A DNA stretch of 61,690 nt, filler included, from Globobulimina sp. (GCA_003354225.1; 22 parts of 22 records of this genome joined end to end with filler, not necessarily neighbours in it); one strand, 5' to 3'. Positions 36,180-48,926 are shown, counted from the whole stretch's first letter. Translations and numbers: made by a program. Notes: generated by a model not told the origin, from the sequence alone.

Positions 36180-36427
36180 ATGTCACCTTTTAGTGTCATC
36201 GTCCTAATAATCTATCTATGGATGGATATAGCTGCTGATGATATCCCTTCATGTAATAATGAGACAGAGTCTGCTCATAACCTATTTGTCAGAGAAGAAT
36301 TTGGTCGACAATCTCAATCCTTTTATAAAGCAGCAAAAAAACACGTTTCTGATAACCTAACACCATTAGTAACAGCCGCAAATATTACAGCAAATGATAT
36401 TGTTTTAGATCTAGGTTGCGGACCAGG
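36180..36427 (+). CDS. Class I SAM-dependent methyltransferase with signal peptide, 3'-truncated
   Basis: Motif I IVLDLGCGPG and a hydrophobic N-terminus. Confidence 0.75.
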
Positions 36428-36539
36428 NNNNNNNNNNNNNNNNNNNNNNNNNNNNNNNNNNNNNNNNNNNNTTAATTAATTAANNNNNNNNNNNNNNNNN
36501 NNNNNNNNNNNNNNNNNNNNNNNNNNNTCGTATTCATTT

Positions 36540-37136
36540 TCATTTTGATAAATATAAATTAACTGTTCTTAGTTTGTATAAAAATAAGCAGCACACAAAC
36601 GTGAAGCATATAAAATCCGTCAAAACTATGAATCCAATACATAATTTTAATTGGAAGTAATTTCTCAAATTAGGTATGGTACAAAAGCCAAAAGAAGTAT
36701 CTCCAAATGAAATTACCTGTAAATGTACCAATTTCGATGAAACTGATATATACCAAGTGGTGAATGAAAAAGTTACAATACTTCCGGCTAAAAAAACAGA
36801 TTGTAAAAATTTTGTTGAATATGCCAATTGCGATGAACCAAATGAGAGATGAACCCGACATAAAAATATGGCAAGCAGTAGCAATTTAGCTGTGGGATAA
36901 CCTTGTAATGTTAAATAATAACCAAAATGACAACTGATGGATGTACCCATAGGAAATATCCAATCAACTCTAAAAAATGCATATCCAACACAAGTGATGC
37001 AACTTACTATGGAAAAGATAATTGATAAGCACCTTGAAAAAGTTGAACCAATGTCATCTCGTTGTTCGTGATATATTGTGTGTATTCCAACTATTGTTAT
37101 TACGATTGCGCCCATTGCACCAGATGCAACAGACAT
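36540..37136 (-). CDS. First exon of a GPCR-like multipass membrane protein
   Basis: Five hydrophobic helices with Cys at the start of TM3 and in the following extracellular loop; probable donor GTTAAT near 36564. Confidence 0.65.
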   Translation of the reverse strand: MSVASGAMGAIVITIVGIHTIYHEQRDDIGSTFSRCLSIIFSIVSCITCVGYAFFRVDWIFPMGTSISCHFGYYLTLQGYPTAKLLLLAIFLCRVHLSFGSSQLAYSTKFLQSVFLAGSIVTFSFTTWYISVSSKLVHLQVISFGDTSFGFCTIPNLRNYFQLKLCIGFIVLTDFICFTFVCCLFLYKLRTVNLYLSK

Positions 37137-37169
37137 GTATACAAATTCAGGAGAGTAAGATTTTTGTAA

Positions 37170-38618
37170 TCAAACAGTTGATTTATTTTTCTTGTTATTT
37201 CTTTTGTTGTTGTATCCCAATGCAATCATATGTCTCCTTGCAGTACAAATCTGTTTTATATAAACATTATTTTCATCCAATAACTCTACTTTTGTTGGTT
37301 TACTGACATAAAATTTATAAACCTGTTTACCAGCACCACATGATCCATCAACATACGCTCTTAACCCCATTCTCCCATCACTCCCACATCCAAAAGTATA
37401 CAATTTACCATTATCATCAATCACTGCACTATGAATTGCACCAGCTACACATGCCACAATCTTAACATCTTTAAAATACTCAGTATTCACATCGCCCTTT
37501 TTATCATAAGCTTTCCCGCCAATACAATACGGTTTCTTTATATCCTCCGCACCATTCAAATGAAACCCCCATTTTTCCAACAAATTACCACATTTTCCTT
37601 TATGGCCAGCACCCCAACTATAAACATGTCCATTTTCTGTGACACACATTGTATGCAACCCTTCTTTACCTTCTCCCTTAACCGGAGTCAACATTGATTT
37701 TGTACAAGAAACCAAGGCAACTTTCTCATCATTAAAGTATTTCCCTTTCGCCAACAATTGCGGTGTACAATATACCGCCTTATTTCTGTTATTTCCCAAT
37801 CCCAAATTATGCCATGAATTATTCCCCCAACAATATACATCACCAATATCAGTCACTGCCGCTGCATGATGCGACCCAAAGGATATATTTACAATTTTTA
37901 TTCTGCCACTACTATCATCCAATTTTTGTTCATTGTTTTTAAATTTGCTGTCATTTTTCACCTTCATGTGACTGAAATGTATCTTCTTTGGATAACAATA
38001 GTTTTTTGAAATATTAGCATGTCCCAATACTTTATTTGTAGAACAGCCCCATGAATATACACAGCCATCGCAGGTGAGTATGGCACTGGTTTTCCAACCT
38101 AAATCAATATCAATTGGATATATGTTATCATTATCCATTGGGACCTGGTATGGTAACAATACATGATGTTTTTTAGCGTTTCCATCACCAATGCAGCCAT
38201 TTTCTGATTTTCCCCAAAGATATAAATGGTTTAGTTTTGTAATGACACCCATATGGCATTCACCGCAGGATACTTTGGCTATATATTCTTTTTTGTCGAC
38301 AAAATATTGTACTAACTTTGGTATCCTTTGTGTTTCGTTGGGTTTGCCAATACCGAGTTTATATTTTAATCCCCATGTATACAAATGTTGAGTTGAGGTG
38401 ACTGCGCATGAATATCCTTCACCGCAGGCAATGTAATCAATTTGGATATGTTTGTCCGAGAAATATGTTATTGGCGACGGCAGTAAACAATTTAGAGATT
38501 TGTCTACGTGATTGTGTCCAAGTTCACCTGATCTACCTGTACCCCAGGTGTATATTATACTGTTACGTTCATTATCTTTGTGTTCTTTTGTTTCTGTAGA
38601 TTTTGTCTCCTCTGCCAT
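37170..38618 (-). CDS. RCC1-repeat beta-propeller protein
   Basis: Seven repeats of type YTWG...GxLG...IACGxxHS; probable start MAEETK at 38618. Confidence 0.93.
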   Translation of the reverse strand: MAEETKSTETKEHKDNERNSIIYTWGTGRSGELGHNHVDKSLNCLLPSPITYFSDKHIQIDYIACGEGYSCAVTSTQHLYTWGLKYKLGIGKPNETQRIPKLVQYFVDKKEYIAKVSCGECHMGVITKLNHLYLWGKSENGCIGDGNAKKHHVLLPYQVPMDNDNIYPIDIDLGWKTSAILTCDGCVYSWGCSTNKVLGHANISKNYCYPKKIHFSHMKVKNDSKFKNNEQKLDDSSGRIKIVNISFGSHHAAAVTDIGDVYCWGNNSWHNLGLGNNRNKAVYCTPQLLAKGKYFNDEKVALVSCTKSMLTPVKGEGKEGLHTMCVTENGHVYSWGAGHKGKCGNLLEKWGFHLNGAEDIKKPYCIGGKAYDKKGDVNTEYFKDVKIVACVAGAIHSAVIDDNGKLYTFGCGSDGRMGLRAYVDGSCGAGKQVYKFYVSKPTKVELLDENNVYIKQICTARRHMIALGYNNKRNNKKNKSTV

Positions 38619-38851
38619 ATGTATGCCACAGCAGTTGGGTAAAATTCTTAATTCGAAAAATATTTGCCTCAAACAGAAACTGGTACCGGATATGTCATGT
38701 AAACAAAAGAATGGAAGCACTGACAAGCAGTGTTAAAAAAAGTGAGAAAACCTTGAAGTCACACAACCCATTTACCATAACATTTCAGTTTCCAGCTGAC
38801 AGCATCTATATATTTCCAATCACGGACAAAGTTCCTTTGAGTTCGCCAAAA

Positions 38852-39235
38852 ATGCAAAGCTGTGCGAACATCATATTATTTTCCATTTTGGGATTAACCA
38901 AATGCAGTTGGGTTCGTCGATGGGCAGTTGGCTCTCCACAAGCTCATTATGATATCAATGGGATTACCTTTCTCGACGATTCAAAAGCTATGACATTTGA
39001 TACGTTTACGTTGGAGGGAATGGAACAGAGTTTAAAAAGTATGGGATTTTCCACACAACATATCAATTTCGCACGTGTCAAAACGGCATTATCATCATTT
39101 GAAGCAGCTGAGTATAATTCAATAAGGTTATATTTTGAACCTACACAACTTAGCCATTCATATGTTTATGGTTTAATTGGTTTGCATATTGTTTTTAATA
39201 TTAATAAAAATGAATTGTTTTATTGGGTTATTCAA
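38852..39235 (+). CDS. Secreted hypothetical protein, 3'-truncated
   Basis: MQSCANIILFSILGLTKC signal-like start within an open frame. Confidence 0.4.
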
Positions 39236-39549
39236 NNNNNNNNNNNNNNNNNNNNNNNNNNNNNNNNNNNNNNNNNNNNTTAATTAATTAANNNNNNNNN
39301 NNNNNNNNNNNNNNNNNNNNNNNNNNNNNNNNNNNAATTTCTTTATGTGTTGAACGGACCGCTTTATTATGCAATGAGAAATACGTACATTGCCAATCGG
39401 GTGGATTGCTATGATTGTAAATCCTTGACAGTATACAGCAGCTGAATTAAACAATACTTGTAATAATTATGTATCTGCTATTTTTAGTAATAATTCGCAG
39501 CTTTAATACAAAAATAACACTAAATTAAACGTACAAAATACAATTAACA

Positions 39550-41403
39550 ATGATGGAATATAGTCTGCTCAACGATTTACAAAATGAGGAAGAAGAAGTA
39601 AAATATGACAACAATCTAAAATGGGAGAATATTAGTTTAGAAATATTGGGGAATAAAAAAAATCCCAAAATTGAGATATTGCATAATATCTCCGGATGTG
39701 CTGAAGCTGGACAACTTTACGGTATTATTGGCTCATCGGGCGGTGGCAAAACAAGCTTATTATCCATTTTAAGTGGCAAAATACAGAGTATTTCATCTCT
39801 GTCATCAACCAATTCAAAAAGTAGCGGCATCATAACATTAAATAATGTGACAGTGGATTGCAGCAAAAAAAAAGATTTTACTTTTTTAGCAAATAATATT
39901 GCATTTGTAATGCAAGCTGGCTTATTATACGCAACCGAGAAATGTAAAGAAACCATTCAATGTTCAGCCTTATTACGGTTATTCTCGCTGAGCAAAGATG
40001 AAAAATTAGAAAGGGCTCAACAAGTATTGGCTGATTTGGATTTACTTAAATGCCAAAATACTTACATTGGCAATTTAGAAATGCGCGGATTATCCGGCGG
40101 TGAAAGAAAAAGAACGAGCATAGGAACAGAATTAGTGACCAATCCAAACATTTTGATACTCGATGAGCCGATTTCTGGCCTGGACTCTGTCAATGCACTC
40201 TCAATAATTTCATTATTGCACAAATTGGCAAATGAAGGAAAAACGGTCATCACTTGCATTCATCAGCCATCCTCGCAGATATTTGGTATGATGGACAAAA
40301 TATTAATATTGGCCAAAGGCAGAGTGGTTTATGAGGGCAAAATTAAAAACGATTTGTATCAATATTTAGAAAGTATTAAGTATCCGTGTCCCAAATACTG
40401 TAATGTTTCCGATTATATTTTACAACAAATCAGTAACAATCCCGATTATTTTATAAATAAATGGCATGAGCAACAAAGTCGCAACCATATTAATGACAAA
40501 TTGCATATACGTACCATTGCAACGCAAGTCCGTCCACTTCGAAAGATGTCTAAGCCAAAAATGCTTTCTCTCTGTGGCCAACTTCGCGTTTTAGTACCAA
40601 GGCAGTTTGGAATACTGTTACGTGATAAAGTTGCGACAGCAAACCGCATTCGAATAATTGTATCGATGTTGATTTTTATGAGCATTATTTGGTTTCAATT
40701 GAAGCCAATCAATAAAGAGGATTTTATTTTGCATCCAATTGAATTACAGACAAATTTACAAAATCGGTTTGGCGCATTATTTCTATCCATGTGCTTTTTG
40801 TCAATGAACGCAATGAACGTCTCAGCATTCACGTTTCCATCACAAAAGTTAGTGTTTGAAAAGGAGAGAAGCAGCAATTGGTATTATTCGATCTCATGGA
40901 TTATCTCGAAAAGTTTGGTGGATATTCCATTTATTTTGATTTTACTCATTCCATTTGCAGTCATTACAAAGTTTATGATCAATCTCCATGTCAATGTATT
41001 TTATTATTATGCCGCTCTTTGTTTAACCACATTATGTTCGGATTCGTTTGCTTTTTTCATTGGATGTTTTGCGAAAAATGAAAAAAGTGCAGCACAATTA
41101 GCCAATATGTTAGTTTCGCCATTCCTGTTATTTTCTGGTTTTTTTGTTTCAACGGAGACCATCCCAGAATTTATTCGATGGTTTCGATATATCGATGTGT
41201 TTTATTATGGCGGTGAACTTTTAAATATTTTGGAATTTGAAAATGTTAAAGATAAAAATGGAGTAAATGCTGGTAATGAGTTTTTAAAACAATGGGGTAT
41301 GGAGCCATCGAACAAATTCAGAGATATCTATGTTTTGATCATTTTGTTTCTTGCACTTCGCACACTGTCTTTCGCATATTTGATGCGTAGAAATGGATTA
41401 TGA
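39550..41403 (+). CDS. ABCG (White-family) half transporter
   Basis: Walker A GSSGGGKT, signature LSGGERKR, Walker B ILILDEP, H-loop CIHQPS, then six TM helices. Confidence 0.96.
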   Translation: MMEYSLLNDLQNEEEEVKYDNNLKWENISLEILGNKKNPKIEILHNISGCAEAGQLYGIIGSSGGGKTSLLSILSGKIQSISSLSSTNSKSSGIITLNNVTVDCSKKKDFTFLANNIAFVMQAGLLYATEKCKETIQCSALLRLFSLSKDEKLERAQQVLADLDLLKCQNTYIGNLEMRGLSGGERKRTSIGTELVTNPNILILDEPISGLDSVNALSIISLLHKLANEGKTVITCIHQPSSQIFGMMDKILILAKGRVVYEGKIKNDLYQYLESIKYPCPKYCNVSDYILQQISNNPDYFINKWHEQQSRNHINDKLHIRTIATQVRPLRKMSKPKMLSLCGQLRVLVPRQFGILLRDKVATANRIRIIVSMLIFMSIIWFQLKPINKEDFILHPIELQTNLQNRFGALFLSMCFLSMNAMNVSAFTFPSQKLVFEKERSSNWYYSISWIISKSLVDIPFILILLIPFAVITKFMINLHVNVFYYYAALCLTTLCSDSFAFFIGCFAKNEKSAAQLANMLVSPFLLFSGFFVSTETIPEFIRWFRYIDVFYYGGELLNILEFENVKDKNGVNAGNEFLKQWGMEPSNKFRDIYVLIILFLALRTLSFAYLMRRNGL

Positions 41404-42142
41404 TCGGACAATTTGTTTTGTTTGTGTTTGTATATATATTTTATTATGATGTTTTTATATTATATGCCCACGTTTATTTTTACCGTGCTGTGCTTTCCGA
41501 TCCTGTATACAATTAAATGAATTTCGCAACTATAAACATTTGTATGTTACAATAAATATACTGGGATATTGTCTACATTTTGGTGGGAAATTGGTGGTGA
41601 ATATGATTTGTTGCATGGTAATATATCTTTTGGTCACGGCAGCTTTCAAGTAATCAAAATGCGGTGACTAATTTGCCCATAATGGCTGGATCCTGGTTTA
41701 TAGAGAATGTTGTTGCTGCTCTGAAATGTGTGCAATGTGCAACACCCATATGCGTCAATGTTGGATCTGGATATGGTCGCATTTTTGTTATTTTACAAAA
41801 TGGTCAGATCTTTTTTATTATATTTTGATGCTAGTTTCTTCTTCAATAATTTCCATAAAATAACCAAAAATGGAACAAAGAACGTAATGATCATTGATTC
41901 AAACAATATCTTGATCCATGAATCAAAAAACGCATTTATACATTTCATCATGTTTTGTGATGATGGAATATGAATATCGCAAACTTGTGAGGATGTCAAT
42001 AATTGCTTAAATTGAAATAATTGAGGTGCTTGAAAAGAATTANNNNNNNNNNNNNNNNNNNNNNNNNNNNNNNNNNNNNNNNNNNNTTAATTAATTAANN
42101 NNNNNNNNNNNNNNNNNNNNNNNNNNNNNNNNNNNNNNNNNN

Positions 42143-44690
42143 GTTAACTCATTTGGATATGCAAAATATTTTGGAAAACATTGAATATAGATATTGCAAA
42201 ATGGAAACAAAGCATCCATATACCTGTATATCAACAGTTTTGTTATCAATCAATCCGTATGAAGAGTTGTCAATATTTGACGAACGTACAATAAAAAAGA
42301 TCTATGAAGAACAGAAACGATCTTATATATCCATTAAAACACCGCATCTATACACTGTGGCGGCCAGATCATACACGAGCATGATACTTAGAAAATGTAA
42401 TCAATCACTTGTCATATCTGGTCAATCTGGAGCAGGAAAGGTATGTCTATTAATATTTATATGCGTAGAATATAATAAACATGCAATATATAACAGACAT
42501 ATGCCGCTCGATTAGTCGCTAAATATTTAGTGTCGACAGCACATTTTAAATCAACGGAAGCGGACATCATTGGAAAACAAATTATGGCATCATACTCTAT
42601 TTTGGATGCATTTGGAAGTGCTAAAACAACATTGAATAATACAGCCTCACGGTTTGGTCGATTCACCAAATTATTGTATGATGTTCCATTTAACGCCGCA
42701 GAAGGCTCACTTTTAGGATTATATTTACAAACGTATTTGTTGGAAAAGACACGTGTTGTATTTCAAGCAAAAAATGAACGTAATTACCATATTGCATATT
42801 TTTTATATGCTGGGATATCAAAAAAAGATCATTATAAATTTGGGATAAAGCATCCCTCCCAATGGCATTACACAAACCAAGGAGAGGTTTATGAGGTGCC
42901 AGGTTTAAATGATGCAGAACAATTTAAACAATTAAAAGTTAATTATTCTAAAATAGTATTAATATTAATATGAAAAATAAATAATATTCTATGTAGGAAG
43001 CACTAACAGTCACAGGAATTGACGATGTTTTACAAGAAAAAATATGGAGGATACTTGGTGGTCTGTATAATTTAGGAAATGTAGTTTTTGGTAAAGACTG
43101 TTCGGGCTTCGCTGCGATAGACACAGAATCACATTCTTGTATTGATACAATATGCCAATTATGGGATGTTAATAAAAAAGATTTTATGAATCGATTAACA
43201 ACATCGACTTTAAGAGTGTTTAGGAAACAGATTGTTAAAAAAATAAGATTTGATGATGCGGTGATAAATAGAGATAGAATTGCTATGGCAGTTTATGATA
43301 AGTTATTTTTACATTTATCTCAACTGTTTCAATCGGGAATTGATGACTGTGATTACCAAATTAATACTAATATTTTATACATTGGCATTTTGGATATGTT
43401 TGGTTTTGCCAATTTTGCTGTAAACTCATTGGAACAATTTTGTATGAACTTTGCAAACGAAAAACTGCAACAATTTTTTAATTACCATATCATTCGAAGT
43501 GAACAAGAAGAATATATCAAACAAAATACGTTTTGGACACCGCTGACTATTTCTGATAATCTACCATACATCAATATGATTGAGGATCGACGTTATGGAT
43601 TTTTTGCGTTGTTGGATAGTGCTTGTAAAGCACCGAAACCATCAACTGATTCTTTTTTACAAGCTTTATTTAAGAGACACGGAAAGAATTCGACAATGAG
43701 AAGGTCCAATCAACCATGTTCTGGAAGTGTCAGTAAGAGAATAAATAAAGTTGAGGAAATATTTTGTAACTTATAACTTTTGCTATATACTAGTACATAA
43801 AATACAAACTCAAAATGTAGAGAAACACATTGTTAATGGGTGGTTATTTGCGTCAATTTGAGGCCAAAGGGAAATATATTCCAAATGATATTAAAAGATT
43901 AATTTTTAATATTACGTTTCAGGTTTAATTTGTTAATGCATTCATTCTTTGATACGTATAGAAATACAATATATAAATTAGATGGTTTCTGACTCATTTG
44001 TTGGTATTGAAATAAATCATTTTTCAGATGTGGTAACTTATGATGTATCTGTTTTTGTGGATAAAAATATGATTGCAATGCATTGGGATACCAGGAAAAT
44101 GCTAAGAAAATCAGGATGTGCTTTATTGAAAGAATTAGGCAGTCACTGTAAAAGACGGAAAAAAGTATCGGAAACTGGCGCATTTCGTAAAGGAATCAAA
44201 ACATTAATGAAAAATTTGCAAGCCACAGAACCACACTTTATAAAATGTATAAAACCCAACAATATGCAATCACAGACTATATGGGATAGGCAATTAATTG
44301 AACAACAATTAAAAAGTAACGGAATAACCGAAGCATTGAAAGTATTAAAATTAGGATATCCGACACGTGTTCCATACACCACATTATATGATCAATATAG
44401 AGCAATGATAAATGTGTTTGGCAATCAGGCAATGATAAATATGGAGCCAAAAGAATTCAGTACAACGTTACTAAAAGCATTTAATTTACAGGAAAATGAT
44501 TATGAATTGGGTTTAACCAAAATATTTTTTTAAGTCATCTAAAGCTGCGGTATTGGATACAATTATGATGAATGCATCAAAACCTCTCTCTCAAGTACAA
44601 AATAATAAAATTGTAGAACATATTTGTCAAAAATTGCGGAAGATGGTGAGGTTACATAGAGCTGCTTTTAGATTTCAATATGTTGGCTGA
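42143..44690 (+). pseudogene. Myosin motor-domain gene with degenerate catalytic motifs and a frameshift at 44525-44531
   Basis: SINPY, PHLY, GQSGAGKT, SRFG, YLLEKTRVV, ERNYHI, SLEQFCMNFANEKLQ, PHFIKCIKPN and GLTKIFF. Introns at 42441-42496, 42938-42996 and about 43750-43960. An extra T gives TAA right after TKIFF. Confidence 0.75.
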
Positions 44691-45107
44691 AGTAATTGCG
44701 TATGAATGCGGTAAACCGATGAAAGTGTTAACTTGCTCAGAATTGTTACATTTACATCGGACTACATTTTCATTGAAGAGCGGGAATGGAAATGATTCTG
44801 TTTTCAGTGATTTGAACAGCGGCGCTGTGTTAGTGATTGAAGGCTGTGANNNNNNNNNNNNNNNNNNNNNNNNNNNNNNNNNNNNNNNNNNNNTTAATTA
44901 ATTAANNNNNNNNNNNNNNNNNNNNNNNNNNNNNNNNNNNNNNNNNNNNATCTCAAACCACCTTTTTCCAACAAAAAATATTTTGATTAGTCATCAAAAT
45001 TATCATTTAAAAATTAAAAAATAACTACGCAAAAAACTTTGAAGTTCTTTGTCGAAAACCTCTGGGTCTATCGACCCGCAATGCTACTGTGTTGCCCCCT
45101 ACGATTG

Positions 45108-47370
45108 ATATAATATTTACAAATGATTTTAATATTAAATTTCCTAATTATGTACATTTTGCGTGTTTTGCTGATGATACTGCTTTTTGGACCAGTCCTG
45201 GCTCCAAAGATCAACTCCGATACAAATTCCTCCAAAAAGAATTAAATAATTTCAGTAATTGGTGCGATAAATGGCAATTAATGATAAATCCTTCAAAATG
45301 TCTATCCATAAACTTTTCACACGGAAATCCCCTAAAATTTCACCCAAAATACACAGAAATAACTGATCCAATAACAAATAAACAATCTAAAATTAGCAAA
45401 TATAAAATCCACGATATCCCAATCCAATATAAAAGCAATGCAAGATATCTGGGCCTTTGGTTTGATGAGAGATTGAATTTCCATGCCCATTTTGCTAAAA
45501 TTAAAGCAAAAACTATGCGCAGTTACTGGCGCCTTTATTTCACAATGAAATCAGGCGTAAAACTCTCCCCATTATCCATTGCGATTCTATACAAATCATT
45601 GGCCAGATCAAGAATTGAATATGGTTTAAATCATTACTTTCCATACGATTCCAACAAATTATTGAATGTATTACAAAATAAATTCCTCCGCCTTGCCATT
45701 CCATGCAGGCTAGATTCACCAATAGATATCCTCCAATTTATTCTAAAAATTGAACCAATTAAAGAAAAGGCGCACTATCTAACCATGAGACAGCTCGCCA
45801 GAGCTTACTACAACGACAGCTACCATCCATTAAACAAAACCTATAAAAATCTCCAGAATTACCAACAAATAATCGAATCCAATAAATACCGTAAATCCAA
45901 TAAAAACAAACCAAATAAATTCGTAAACCTAAATAAAAATTCATTAATAATTGCCTCAAAAAACGCAAAACAAAACAAAGAAATAAAAGCATTAACCCAG
46001 GATTTCAATAAAATGAAGAAAAAACAAATTACATCCTCTCCTACATACAATTTAAAAACATTCCCAACAAACTACAAAGTAATAACGGAACCGGCTAACC
46101 CTTCAACCCCATCAGACACCAAAATAACAATCGCATTTACAGACGGCTCATGTGTCCCAAATCCTGGTAAAGGAGGAGCTGCGATATATATTCCTCCCCA
46201 ACCTTCACATAAATCAGCATACAAACAACAATACTTCTTCCCAATTCCAGTAACAATAACTACTGCAGAACTGGAGGCCATCCATATGTTACTAAACTAT
46301 ATTATAAAATGCCCAAATAATCCACAAAATCATTATAAAATTTACATTGATAATTTATCTGCTCTTCAATTTATAAATGGACACAATTACCCAAAATATA
46401 ATGAAACTAAAATTTTAATGGAAAATATCTTTATTAAATTGACACAAATCCAACAAATAAAGCCAAATAATTTAATATCATTTATCAAAATTAAATCTCA
46501 CAATAATAACAAATTTAATGATGAAGTAGATAGATTGGCTAACTTTGCAGCAGAACATACAAAGTACAACCAATCTCTATATAAAAATATATCATATAAT
46601 ACTACAGTGACTCAATTACATAATCAAATAAGATATAATTGGAGCAAATCCTGGCTTGAAAGAAACACAAAACCAAACCAGGATAGCTATAAAATGTACA
46701 AATATAACCCATCCCTCAATAATAAATTAAACAAAATAACCCGTTATATAAATAAAGATGAAGCTGCATTAATGAATAGAATGATTTCAGGCCATATAGA
46801 ACTAAATGCCTTTCTATTTAAACATAATTTTACAGACTCGGACAAAACAAGAATAAATTCTCCAAAATGTGTTCAATGCAAAAATAATTCTCCAGAAACA
46901 ATATACCATTACTTTGCAAAATGTAAGGCGTATACTAAGCAACGTCGTCGAATGAACCATACTCTCAAAGAAACTTGGATTGGATTCAAAGATGGATGCC
47001 AATATAAATTGGAGGAACTCTTCTTCCCTTACACCATACGGAAACCTCCAGACATTGAAAAAGAACTAAATATTGAGACTCAAGTTAAAATTTGGAAAAC
47101 CCTTCTCCAATTCATCAAAGAAACAAAAAGATTCAATTACCTGTACCAAGTGGACCTATTAAATTTATCCCCAATCCTTTCGGATTAGGAAACTATAGTA
47201 CTTTGTACTTAGTTCCAAATATTTTTATTTACCTTTGTTCATTGGCCTCAACTCCAAATAAAAGGGCCTATATCCTTGTTGTGTGTTTACTATTTATTTA
47301 GTGTCCCTCACTTGTGTATCAGGTGAAATCTTTAATTGATTTCTTAGTGTTTTGAAGAAAAAAAAAAAAA
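45108..47370 (+). mobile_element. 5'-truncated non-LTR retrotransposon (RT - RNase H - CCHC, I/Ingi/Tad-type architecture) with 3' UTR and poly(A)
   Basis: FADD and YLGLWFD RT motifs; RNase H AFTDGS, AELEA, IYIDN, KSH...NDEVDRLA; C-x2-C...ETIYH...C; stop at 47188; A-tract 47357-47370. Confidence 0.93.
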
Positions 47371-47756
47371 TTAATCATTTATTTCAAACAAAGAGCAAGA
47401 AACAGATATTTGGTGAATTATTTGGTTTAATTAAAAAGAAAAAAAAACTAACCACATAACGTCACATAACCACAGAACTCACATAACAGAAATTGAGTGA
47501 TCGGTCTATTCGGGCAACCAAACTTGTACATGATTGCAGTTTCAAATGCCAAATCGCCGATCATTTTTATTACTAGAATCAATTTACAACAAAACCATGG
47601 CAAAAGCAGATGCGTAATATTTAAATTCTTCAAAACACTAAGAAATCAATCTTGTANNNNNNNNNNNNNNNNNNNNNNNNNNNNNNNNNNNNNNNNNNNN
47701 TTAATTAATTAANNNNNNNNNNNNNNNNNNNNNNNNNNNNNNNNNNNNNNNNNNNN

Positions 47757-48926
47757 CTGTCGATGCCGAGTGGCACCATCCTGTATTTTAACAGAATCAA
47801 ACCCGGTGTTTGCAAATACAGTCACTGTTATTAATAATATCCAGGTGGATATCACGCGATATATCCAAAATATGTACGTCATTTTTATGCCCCATCCTTT
47901 GTTTTTCGTTGAACTCGCGGCCACTAAATACATAATATTACCGATTGCATGAACACTGTTTAACAATAATGCGGTTTATTAATAATATGTTTTAAAATTA
48001 TGTAAAAGATAAATAAAGGACGTAACGTTCCCAATCCATAGCATAACACGGATAAATATATGAATTCAACACTTAATATGACAAAAATAGACACACCGCC
48101 CAAGTTTATCCAAACTAAACATAAGAAGACAATTCGTGATGACATTTCTAAGAATCTCCAGCAAAATACGCGTATAATCCATCTGATGTTTATGAACGGA
48201 CAGCCTTTTACTTTTGATCTTTTCCATTCGTCGCTAAACATCAATTTATCATCACTCGACACTCTGGCACTCAATGACCATAATGATGTAATTAATGATA
48301 ACAAAACAATCGGTGATGAATCGCTCGTTGCTTTGGTCAAAAATGCTGCTGAGATTAATATTTGTGGCGCGCTCTGTAATTATATGTATATTATATTATA
48401 TTATTAAGTGTTGCGAAGAACGAAAAACGAAAATAACCTCGAATGTGGCTTCAAGTATTTGTAAATATCTTTGACAATTTGAAGGCTCTGTTGATCCCAA
48501 TACGTAATTGGTCCAAATACAACGAACCATCAACACATCAATGAACTGTAAGAAGGAGAATCGTATATTGTGAGTCAATTGGTATATCGCAGCAGTTGAT
48601 ATAACACGATGTAAACCTAAGATAAACAGTGATACTACAAATAAATACATTGTTTCAATGCCAATCTCTTGGTTTCGTAGTTGGTAGTATTCAATCAATA
48701 CTCCAAAATCTGTTGCTTGATCGAAGAAATGGGGGATTAAATGTAAATATACTCGCTTTTTTTGCCATGTTAACTTTATCCATTCCATAAAGAGTTTACC
48801 TTTTGATTTTCCTTTGTATGTCTCTTTGTAAATTTTATATGCACATACTCCTGATACAAACAAAAACATCAGACAATAGACGCTAAAATAAGCTAATGTG
48901 ACAGCAAGTGAGTAACTAACCGCCAT
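47757..48926 (-). CDS. XK-related-like multipass membrane protein, 3'-truncated
   Basis: HFFDQATD. Intron 48437-48374 splices to give EATFESAPQ; further TM exons follow. Confidence 0.65.

Noticed and set aside
44531-44533. Stop-codon reassignment
   Set aside because: Conserved genes end at TAA, TAG and TGA normally; this stop is explained by a one-base homopolymer shift.
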